A stretch of 64,000 nt of DNA. Origin: Chrysomallon squamiferum. Taxonomy: Eukaryota; Animalia; Mollusca. The notes beneath the pieces were generated by a model. That model made no database searches and had not been told where the DNA came from. It saw only the letters and a list, made by a program, of their open reading frames with translations. The stretch covers positions 26,846,001 through 26,910,000 of the forward strand of contig CM022679.1 of the NCBI GenBank assembly GCA_012295275.1. Direction: 5' to 3'. This document shows positions 39,253 to 50,701 of the stretch, piece after piece. Made by a program: the position numbers and the translations under genes. The first letter of the stretch is position 1; each line of letters opens with the position of its first letter.

Positions 39253-41029
39253 CACACACACACTCACACTCACACAGATCTACAGTAAAAGGAACGTCAC
39301 AACAATGTGGGATGAAAATGGTTACGAATAATAATCATAAAAATTGCTTATGTGGAAAATTTACTGAAGTACATACTATGCTGATCCATTTTATTTTGTG
39401 CTATGAATTACAGACTTGTAACTTATTAGTTTACATCATATAACTGTTCTTTCATAATCTTGTGTGCCTGTCATTCAGTAGCCATTGCCTTCACCTGATT
39501 TCATTATGAAACTAAAATGATTTCACTTCAGGTCACAATAACATATTTGTCCTGATGGTTTCTGGAATTGGTAAAAATCCAAAGGAGAAAATTATACTTA
39601 ATTCTGATATTGATAGAATGAAAGAAATTCTGGAGGATAAACATATCATTGGTGTCAGGTAAACTTTCTTTTTATTATTGCTACTGCTTATCCAAAATCC
39701 TTGGTCACAAACCAAATCATAATGACAGTGTTCATTCGTTACACTTCATGAATTTGCAAATCAGTTACTGGTTTCCCTTTACTAGGTTAAAAATAAAATA
39801 ATCTACAAAGAAATGTAATGTGTAAGCATAAAACAGCACATAATTGTGGTTGATTCGTTATGCACTTCTAAACTAAGAAAAACTGCCCAAAATTTGCAAT
39901 GTTCTCTAGTCAAATAAAAACATTTAGAAATGGGTTTAGAGATATTTTATAGTTGTGGGTTTAGATAGATGTATCAGTGATATTAAATGCACATTACTGC
40001 ACAATATAAATAAATATACTAATATATTTAATTAATAAATTGTAAACATGTTTGACTTTTATCAAGTCAGATAACAAAATTGATAAATGGTATATTATTA
40101 TTAAATAAACTCTTAATGTTTTATCACTGGGCAGTTTCTGTTAATAATGGACGCACATTTTTGATTTGCAGTTACTTGTATGTATTCGTTAATCTGTAAT
40201 AAAAATAATAATCAGTTTGTTAAAGACAGCATTTGTCACATCATAAACACTTTCATTTGTTCAGTAAGAACTTTTTCATTTTTTGCTATTTTAGTCTGAA
40301 TTAGTTGTTTATCATATATATTTTTATTATTTCCTTGTTTTTAAAAACTTTTTCAGTCCTGATAATATAACAGTGATCAGTGAAAAGGCTGATAAAAACA
40401 GTATTTTAAATGCTGTTGATCAGATAAAGGAAAAAGTGGAAGGCCGGTTTGAAAGTCTTTTCATATTTTACTATACCGGACACCACACTAAGGAAAGAGA
40501 ATTTTTAACTGACGAACAGAAGAAATGTCATGTAAAAGAAGAGGAACTGAAAGATCATTTCCGACAACTGAATGCCACATACATGTTGTTCATACTGGAC
40601 ACTTGTTATAGTGGGGGTGCTGACATTGGTGCAAAGGGAGATTATCAAGACTACTCACCTCCCTGCCTTTGGGATCTTTTTGAGTCTGATTTGCAGGCAA
40701 AAGGAGAAAAGTCTGTATGTGTTGTTCAATGGTCTTCATCAGCTGAAAACCAGGAGTCTTATTATAAAGGAAACCAGAGTGCTTTTACCTATGCAATCAT
40801 CAGTCAGCTGAAAAATGAATGTGTCATTTCCCGTAAAGACTGTTTTTACTGTAATGGTTTTTGCAAAAGTGCAAAACAAAAGGGCTATATTGACCTTAAA
40901 GAACTACATGATTCTGTTGAGTATCACGTTAGGAAAATTAAGAGTGGAGATCAGCTACCAAAACTACATAAAAAACCAGAAGATGCATTTATCCCACCAT
41001 TTGCATATTATGTTCATAAAGATATTTAA
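29825..41029 (+). CDS. Gene B: DED-DED - IRAK/Pelle-like kinase - RING-like - caspase-like (metacaspase-type) protease; one frameshift in DED2
   Basis: Exons 29825-29849 (MTSATDIS), 30053-30603, 31208-31444, 31723-31799, 32475-32554, 33330-33494, 33693-33907, 35468-35589, 36376-36498, 37007-37091, 37236-37361, 39532-39658, 40357-41029. All are GT-AG and phase-compatible. They total 2606 nt, or 868 aa if one base is restored at 30435-30456. Confidence 0.85.
30053..30603 (+). CDS. Tandem death effector domain (DED) exon of gene B
   Basis: IRQLLSSVVDELNSDEQEQLKLL..FDILLKSKTICPENMAFLVEALDLMQRRDAIEKI carries an RxD motif. It is followed by ISPFTCQLYKLGCDMDEKDVQNLAF and, in the shifted frame, WELLTLLRKESVL..VRKLL..LHYLQEY, a pattern typical of caspase-8/cFLIP prodomains. 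Confidence 0.8.
39532..41029 (+). CDS. Caspase-like (clan CD, C14) protease domain of gene B
   Basis: FYYTGHH and FILDTCYSG dyad motifs. Paralog of 18075-19566. Confidence 0.85.
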
Positions 41030-44000
41030 TTTCCTGCTAATATTAAAAAAATAATAATAATAAATAAATAAAACATTTTCAGTCAGTATGACAGGTGACA
41101 TTTTACCATCCCCTAGAAATACATCATTATAATAAAAGAGTTATGTTCATAAAGATATATAATTACCTGCCGATTTAAAAAAAAAAAAATAAATAAATAA
41201 GAATAATATTGTGGAAGCAGCTTCTACATAACTGTTTTATTAATATAAAGATGTTGAAAGAGAAAATAAGCAGCTTTCCAGCTCCAAGAGCTAGTGTATC
41301 AGTTAGTAGCAGAAAGATTCTTCAATCAAACAAGAAAGTATAAACCACTACTTTTTAAAAACCAAACACGAGAGGTTCAGTGTATGGCTAAAGTGCAACA
41401 AATTACAGATGAACATGCTAGTGACATCTTTATCAACCCACTCTTTTTTCCAGATCCAGGTTTATTAAAGGATAAGCAGTTGAAAGCAGTATCATTAATA
41501 TCATTATTATTATTATTATTATATGTAGATTTTCTCTATTTGTTTTTTAATTACAGCAAATTAATACTTGTAAATAAAAGAAATAATTTATCGAAGATGA
41601 AGCATATAAGTGTTGCATATTAATCTTCCATTATCAGTATGAGTATACTAAATTTTCTAATCGGTAATCATTAAAAATTCAATTTTATAACAATAATAAT
41701 ATATATATATTTTAATAAAATATTTCTTTTGGATGTTTTTTGTTCTTTTTATGCTTTTCGTTATTTTGTTTGTTAATTAAGAACAAAGATAGCTAAGATG
41801 AATAACATTTAACAATACAAGTCTGAGCAACTAAGTTATATCCCATGTTTCTAAAGCACAGGCACAGCTGGAGACCAGCTTGAAAAAGAACTGAAGAGAA
41901 TAAGGGTGAAAAAAATGATTGTACATTTTCCTTACAAATAATTTTTATTTTATTATATTATTATTTTCCTTTTATTTTTATTTTTATTTTTATTTGTTCC
42001 ACAATATTGGATCAGGATATGGTTTAGCTTATGAATTATCACCTATCATAGCTGAGGTTAATTATATTCTAGTACAGTACAAAAAAATTCCTTGTATCAC
42101 CATTGATCAGCATTCTAATTATCATTCAAGACATTATGAACCAAGTTACAGCTACCCTCAGACAGAAAAAAAAAAAAAAAAAAAAAAAAAACAGTTTACT
42201 TACCTCCAGTAGTGGGTATACTAGGACTTTTTAAGATATATAAAGTTTAAATCCAGTTTGTATCAGGATTATTTTTTTATTAAGATACATGAATCCAGTC
42301 TTCGAGAAAAAACAAATATTAATAAAAATTGGCATTTCTTTTTTTATCTTCAATCTGTTAACCCAGTTTTCTTAAACTACCTGTTTACATGACACCAATC
42401 TCAACGTGCCAGTGCCTGCATTATTGTATCTAAAGTCTGGTATTCAGTATAGTTCTAGTGTTTTGGGATTGTTATTATCAGCACTCGTATGCTGTATATG
42501 TTAGTTGAGAATGAATTTTGGACCTTTGAAACTATCTTGAATACAAAATGAACTTAATGTGTTTTGGAAATTCAACTGGAACAAATCTCATAGACAGTCT
42601 CTGTATCTCAGTATGTATTGGTTATCAAGTTCACCATTTTCGGGATTGCAGAAATTAATAAAGATACTGAATTTAATGATTTTATCAAGCTCGCTGTTTT
42701 GGGGATTCAAGAAACTAATAAAGATATCGGGATTAGAAATGTTAATATGTTCTGTCTTTGGGATTGCAGAAATAAATAAAAAAATAGTGGGTTTAAAGGT
42801 ATGTACAAACAAGTATTGCAAGCAAAAGACAATGTGGGATAATGATGGATAATGGATCCACAAATAAAAGGCTGTTGTAAATGTTGATTAGCTTCTAATC
42901 TGACACAGAGCAGCTGCAGTTCATCTACTACTGTCTCATCTTCAACTTCAGAACTATTCTTGACAACAATTTTATCATCCCCTTTCGAGAAAATGTCCCA
43001 CAATTCTAAAATAATCGTTTTTCCCCTTTGTTCAAGTTGTTCATCTGTGATATCTGTTTTTGTGAGAAAGAATCAAATTTGAATTATGAAACAGAAGAGC
43101 TAGCCTGAATATTTTTAAGAGTGACAGCTTTCAGTTCACATTAATGAGATTGTGTGGAACACAGTGAAACCAAAATATGCAAGAATAATTTGCACTTGTA
43201 AAAAATAATTAAAAGCAAACACTTTTATATCCAGTACATTTGCTTGTCTTAATCAAGTACTAGGGGTAGAAGGAGAATGCCAGCTGAAACGTGGCACTAT
43301 AACGCTTATCTTATTTGATCTGGACTGAATATTTCTCTTTGACTAAAGCATCCTTCTAAACAGATTCTGTTATTTTAGTTTTAGTTAATTATAAATTAAT
43401 TATAATCAGCACATTTGTGAATTTTCATAAACGGCGAACTGGCAACGAAATATTTTACATCATCTTAATTGTGATTTGGAGAAATTTTCAATAGAAACAC
43501 ACACACACAGAGTTGGGCAAACAACTATTTCAAGTTAATGCCCACTAATGAAGCTCAACTGATTTAGGGAGATTGTGAATTACTACATACAACAAAACTC
43601 AGAAATACTCCAGTGCCTGTCCATTTTGTCTTAGAGAATAACAAAAAGTCTGCCCAGTTATAATCCCTTTTATTTTGAACTCTCGAAAAGATGTTAAAAA
43701 TTAACCAATACATTTGAAGGTGGTGGGAATGCCAGTTTACATCACCTGTATTGGTCATTCACTCTTTTTTCCAAAGAATTACTTGACAGATATTTGTTTT
43801 GAAGCCCAATATGACATAACATTTTGCAGTATAAAACCAGGAAAGGTAAGGGAACGAGGCGCATTTCTTTATATAGCTATTTAACGTTTTTATTTGTCAA
43901 GTTAATGAACTACACTTAATGATGCAAAATAATAACCTTTTAGAAAGAATAAGGAATTTATTTTGAATGAAGTAATAGTTCTAGAATGGTATTTCACTGT

Positions 44001-44722
44001 GATGAAGTGGTTACTTGCTTTCATACTTTCAGGGAATGGGCATTTGGCAATGTTTGATATTGCAATGCCAAACTGATTACCCTAGAGAGAAATATATATT
44101 TTGTATTCATAGAATACAACACAGTGATGAAACGATTTCCTTGATGATCAGTTAATTAGTCAATACTGACCCCATTGTGGCCTATGGGACTATACAGAGT
44201 TTCAAGAGAGGAATATGTCCAGAAATGGGAATTAATTGAGAAGGAAGAACCAAATGCAAAGAAAAATGAATCATGTAGAATGATGATATATCATGGATTC
44301 CATGAAGAGGTCGATGGTTTAAAACGTTTGACTACGTTTTTTTTTTTACATTTTTCTTGTCCATTTATTATTTTATTTTACAGATTTAAAAAATAATAAA
44401 TAAATAAAAAATCATTATTTTATGCTTGTAACACTATCCGCAAAGTGTAAGATTTACTGTTTTGGATCTTCGGAATTTCGGATAAGGAATTCTCAACCTG
44501 TATTTAAATAAAGACAATCGGTGCTCATGGAGTTTTGGGCCAGTAAGCCGGAGTCCGTTATAAAGATGTTTGACTGTATGTATTCTGTTGGACGAAGTTT
44601 TTCCAAATGGATACATTTCCAAATTCGTGTACTGATCTACCCCATACAAAGCAAAAAAAAAAAAAAAAAAATACAAAAAAACAACAACATATATATAAAT
44701 AAATAAATAAATTAATTAATTA

Positions 44723-44757
<35 letters not shown>

Positions 44758-45074
44758 CACGAGTTGCGAATGTTCCAGCATGTCTAACGATGAAATTTAA
44801 ATCTGATAGTGATATTCTTCATTTATTTTTAAGCTGTTTAATATTAGATTTCCTTCTAACTTATATTATTTATGAATAATTTTCTGTTCTGAGTAGAAAT
44901 ATAAAATGTCAACTAAACTGTCTTATCGGACTTTGCCTCCACACAAATTTTTATTTAACACGTCCATAAACGAAACAATAACAGAAAAAAAGAAGAAACA
45001 CACTACACAACCATCTCAGAATGATAAGAACGGTAACTCTAATTTACAGTTTCGCTGACGATTATAAAAGTGTT

Positions 45075-48000
45075 ATGTACTTCATGAATCCCGTATTTAA
45101 AAAATTGTGTGCCTCTGCACTCAAACACAGAAATGTGTTGGCTGCTTTCACAGAACAAAATAAATGCTGCATCTATAGTTGTTCAGTAGTTGGGTCTGCC
45201 AACAGTCGTGGTGTTATGTCAAATCAGTTGTATGATCTAGAAGTCCTTCACAAATGTGCCGATTACATTGCAATTAATAAACATTTTGACATTAAAATAA
45301 ATATGAATGACAAAACTGATGAAATCACTGTAGACAAACAATTGTGTCATGCCTTTCCCGAACTAGTTGATCCAAAAATGGTATTTGGATTCAGGTAAGA
45401 AAATAATAATAATAAATAAATAAAAGGTGTAACTTGATAGTCAAAAACAAGTACTAGTGTGGTAGTTGAAAATCCTTTCACGTAACTACTTTTACTGGTA
45501 GTACTAGTTGAGCTAAAGCATCTACGATGCAGATAAATGTTACTTTAAAACGACAGTTTAATGTTAAGAAAATACACTTACAAAAACAAAAACAAATATG
45601 GCTAGTCATTTATTGTGAATGGATGAGAAAAAAATCACTTAACCTACAAATTAATTTTAAAACTCAGTTTGAGACTATCACAAATCTATAATAATTCATT
45701 ATTGTTGTTGTCGTGTTGTTATCGTTATTATTGTTATTAAGTTATTCTTGTTGCTCTTATTATTATTTAAATACACATAAAAGTCAGTGTATTATATCGT
45801 TCACAAACCTGATTAAAAACAAACTTTGACTTGACAGCCAAGAAAGCAATAGAACATTTGACAGAATGCTTGAATTTGCAACTGACATCACCATATTGAA
45901 TTAATCAAACCACTGTTGCACATCAGAAGTGTTACCCTGCACTGATTTCTCCGAAACCACTAATGTCACTGGTCTACAGTAAATAACTGATCCATAGTGT
46001 GAAATTCATTAAGGAAACCCAATAGATTATTCCCACAAATATGTTAATATACGATAAGTTAGTTGATGCCAGACTTTCCTAATAATAAAGTTTGAAATTA
46101 TAATAAACGTTTGACACAATGGTGCCTATTTGCTGTTTTACCTTCATTTGATCATGCACAAGAAAACAAAAACTGATGACCTTTGCTACGGATAAAATAA
46201 TATTTAACGATAATCTACATTGGTTGTTTATTAAATCTTTATTAGGAACACACTTAAATCATTAATCATGTGTTATATACACAGAGAAACATAGACAAAA
46301 AAATTAATTCATTTAAAAAATGAAAATATTAGGTTTTCTAGTGGGTTTTTTTCTGCTATAATGACACAGAAGTTTAATGCAAAGTGAACTGATACATGTA
46401 TTTTAAAATCTTGTTGAATGTTTTTTCTTCTTTTTTTTTTTGTTGTTGTTTCTGTTTAATTTCAGATTTGCTCATCGGTTAGACTATGCCACCAGTGGAG
46501 TACTGTGTGTTGCTTTGTCTCGCAAGTCGGGGGCAGCTTTACACAAAGCATTTTCCAAAGGGCAAGCAGTAAAACATTACCTTGCACTAGTGAGATTATC
46601 TTTATTAAATCATTTGTAATATAGTGTGTCTACTCACAGTAGTGTAATGACAGTTGTATCAACAGTAATGCAATGTTTGTATTAACAATACCGTAATGTA
46701 AATATTTCACTGTTAGCTTTTATTATCAATGAAATGAAATCTCCGTATTTGAATTAATTTCCTCCTATCCTCACTCCTCCCTCCCTGCAGGTTCACAGTC
46801 ACGTTGGAAAGGAGAATTTACTCATTGATGTAGCAATAGGTCAAGACAGCTCGGTGCAAGATTTCAACAAAATGTGTACAGCAAATGTTCGAGCGTGTTC
46901 CAATCCGAGACCTGCAAAGACGTTGCTCGTCTGTCTAGAACATGGCTTTTACAACGGACGTCCTGCTAGTAAAGTCTTGTTGAAACCTATCACAGGTAGC
47001 TTGTGCGATGCAGTAGTTAGATAGGGATTTTCACTTATCTGTCGATTCATTTATTTCTCATTTTTGTTTGTTTGTTTGTTTGTTTATTTACTTAGTAATT
47101 TATATTTATTTTAAACATTTAATTTTTTTGTTATTTATTTTATTTATTTATTACATATTCTTTTTAATTTAAATTCAGTTTAGGCATTAAAAAAAAAATA
47201 ATAATAATAATAATACATTTTAAAAAAAATAAACAATAATAGTAGTTAAACATTTAAATATCTTTTTATTATTATTATTTTATAAAAATTAAAGTAATTT
47301 GGTTAAGTTATTTTACATTTTTTTACTTTGTAAAAATGCAGTTTTTATAACATCTAGATTTAGACCAGTGAATCTCAAATGGGAGTTGTTGTTTGCCATT
47401 GAAGAAATGGAGAAAGATTGAAGTGCATACTTGTATACTTAAAATTAAAATAGCTGAGTAAACGGGGAAGCCCGAGATCACATGACATAAACTACTGAGA
47501 ACCACTGGTTTAGTCCAAACTATCATAAAGTAACTTTTATTGGGTTGAAACAGAAGTTCTTAGCATTTTTTAATGAGATATTCTGAGATAATAGTAAGAA
47601 AAAGGTTGAAAATCCAAAATCTGAAATAGCAATATTTTAGTTTTAAGACTGTTTTGCATACATAAACTTTATTTTATGCACAAAATTATTAAAAATGTTA
47701 TATTAAAAAAGCTATTTGTTCAAACTGTATACGAAATATAAATGGGATTTGAATTTTGACACAGATACTCTTCTCAGGCTGTAATCTTATATTCTCAAAT
47801 CTGAAACATTCTGAAATCCAAAACACATTCAGTTCCAAACGTTCATGTAAAGAATGTGCAACCTGTATTACTCTTAGATTTACTGAACCATATATGTACC
47901 ATCTTTAAAGTAGCTTTGTGATTCCATCCTCCCCAAATTTGGCATCTTTCTGGGTGACAAACTGGTCTAAATATTACAAACTTTTGTTGTTTCAACCTGA

Positions 48001-48725
48001 TAATAACTGAGATACATTTTTGTCACGAACATCACATTAGCACTTGAAACAGCATCAACGTGACACTTGCATAAAGGCAAAGAAAATATTTTTGAAATAA
48101 ATCATTTTAAAAATTGCTTGAAAACCATAAATATAAAAAATAAAAAATAAAACGGTGTTGTGAACTGCTTGATGAGTAGCAGTATTTATACACCTTGTTT
48201 TTTCTGATCTAGGTGGAAAAATTAAATTCTGTAGACTGTAATTACGTTAATATATTTAGAAAAATGACAACGTTTGTGATTGCACTAACAGTATTAATGA
48301 TTTTGGTGTGCATAATTGAGAATGTATTTTTACACAGCTTGCTATGAATAATACTGTGAATAGTACATGCTTAAGCCACTTCTCAAGCAATGCTGTTCCA
48401 CTTGTTGCTCACAGAGAATTATATTTTTTTGCTTTCATCAGGCAGAACACATCAGCTGAGAGTGCACTGCGCTCACATCGGCCACCTCGTTATCGGCGAC
48501 TACACCTACAGCAATCGAACGGACACTGAACCGTTTCGAATGATGCTGCACTCCCTCCGCCTCGTCGTTCCTCTGAAAAAACGTCGTCTTGACATCGTTT
48601 CTGGTGATCCATTCGTTTCCAACGTCGACCCAAAGTGGCAGACGTCTAGTGTCATAAACACATACAGCAGGACATCACAGTGTGTGGATGTGTCCACTCT
48701 CAAACATGTAACAATGGACATCTGA
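45075..48725 (+). CDS. RPUSD1: RluA-family RNA pseudouridine synthase, RPUSD1-like
   Basis: Exons 45075 (start uncertain; alternatives 45021 or 45216)-45394, 46466-46589, 46791-46995, 48442-48725. Motifs INKHFD, FPELVDP..GFRFAHRLDYATSG (catalytic Asp), TGRTHQLRVHCAHIGH..GDYTY, RMMLH. Confidence 0.92.
47366..47507. mobile_element. Short hAT-Charlie-like MITE remnant in an RPUSD1 intron
   Basis: Ends CAGTGAATCTCA / TGAGAACCACTG with degenerate 8-bp flanks ATTTAGAC / GTTTAGTC. Confidence 0.4.
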
Positions 48726-49411
48726 TCATGGAGGATTTTGTTCGTGTGCTTCCAATAGAGAACTATTTATGTCAAGGACATCTTTTTTTTTTTTTTACAT
48801 AACCTTATCAAGAACATGCCTGTGTTGGAATTGTCATCCATCCGTCATATGGACAGCTGTTGTTCACTGGTCACTGCCTGATAGATTTCAGGATCTGTTC
48901 TCCTCAGTTGACCCTCTATTTTTCTCCTGCCAGCACAGAAACAGGACTGCTTTCCTAAAGTATCTGTTCCCCCCCTTCTCTTTGGGAAGGTGCATTAAAA
49001 CAATAGCATCCTGCTGATTTGAAAAAATGTAACTCACTGAATAGCGACAGAAATGTTATCTGTGTAATTCTTAACTCCATGTATGATAAGATGTATTCAT
49101 GGAAATATGTTGAGTTCAAATAAATTATTTTTTACTTTTTTTCTTTAATTTGTATCCTTATTTTTTTTTTTTTTCAAATATATGGAAAAAATCTTACAAA
49201 TAAAATTCTTCTAGAAAGTCTGTGATTTCTACCTAAATCTCAATTTCTTTTTATAGAATTTGGTTTTTTTTTTTCAAAGTTTTATGTCAGTAGTTTTTTG
49301 TGACTTTTATTTCATTAAAATAATGATAATAATAATATTAATTTATTTTTTTTTTTATTTATTTATTTATTTATTTATTTTTAGCTATTTATCAGTACTG
49401 CACAGTTTCTC

Positions 49412-49745
49412 ACCAAAATAATGTTAGGCCGACAATGATACATTATGAAAGAAAAAGAAAACGTATTTAAATAGGGTTATTGTTGTTGTTTTTTTAACAT
49501 CTATCTAGTCGATACTTAACAAAATAATGTTAGGCCGACAATGATACATTACGAAAGAAAAAGAAAACATATTTAAATAGGGGTTTTTTGTTGTTTTTTT
49601 AACATCTATCTTGTCGATACTTAACAAAATAATGTTAGGCAGACAATGATACATTATGAAAGAAAAAGAAAACATATTTAAATAGGTTTTTTTTTGTTGT
49701 TTTCTTAACATCTATCTTGTCAATACTTAACAAAATAATGTTAAG
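49412..49745. repeat. Tandem repeat, ~105-bp unit, about 3 copies
   Basis: Repeated CAAAATAATGTTAGGC-GACAATGATACATTA-GAAAGAAAAAGAAAAC. Confidence 0.9.
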
Positions 49746-50417
49746 TGTACACTGCTACATAATGAATGTAAATTAAAAAGAAAGAATACTGTAACAAAAA
49801 GAATGAGAGAAAATAAAAAAAAAGATTTAAGAAATGATGTCTACCACAAAGAGAAGCTGTGCTGCAGCTTTTCGCAAATAAACTAATATTCAGTTATTTA
49901 TATATTTATACACTAAGCCAGGCAGAGGTGATGATGGTAAATACATGTGTGATTAAGAAAAACAAAAAAGCAAGACCTCTAAGGTATATCATTTATAATA
50001 ATACGTTTACATCAAACGATCTATAAACTCAAATATACAAAACATCAACTGTGGGCTTACTATAGTTGTTTTAAAAAAATAAATTACTAAATATAACTTA
50101 TTGATACTGTAAGAATCACATATCAGCTGTAAGTATGATTTTTTGTTTTTATTTTTGTTCTCGTCACTTTTGTTATTTAGAAATATTTTCATTTATTTAT
50201 TTACTTTTAGTTTTTTGTTTGTTTTTTTGGTCATGAAGTTTTCACTTATTTACTTTTTTATAATATAGTAATAGCTTAGCTGCAGTATATGCATCAGTGC
50301 AAGTTTAATCATATCAGCCCAGACATTTTAAATCTGAAAATTTTCTTAATTTAATTCCTATCCTCAAAAGTTCCAACTTTTTTCTTTCATTATTATTATA
50401 TTTTAATTTTAATTTAA

Positions 50418-50450
<33 letters not shown>

Positions 50451-50668
50451 TAGGGGTAAAAAAAAGACAGATAAAAGAAGTCCCATATTCCACTGTGTAA
50501 TATAAACTTCATGAGCATGTGTGTGGTGTTTTGGCTTATTTATTTTGTTATTATTTTTATTACTACTACTAGTACTACTACTATTATTATTATTATTATC
50601 ATTGTTATCACCATTATTATTGTTTTTATTGTTGCTACTGCTGCTACTACTACTACTACTACACCTAC

Positions 50669-50701
<33 letters not shown>

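Noticed and set aside
715-41029. Naming the kinases IRAK4, JAK or RIPK, or the protease CASP8 or MALT1
   Set aside because: Motifs and architecture do not fit any of these orthologs, so no gene symbol was assigned.
47600-47868. Possible Tigger-like end (..CAACCTGTA), similar to 44470-44502
   Set aside because: Only one degenerate terminus is recognisable at each site, so boundaries cannot be supported.
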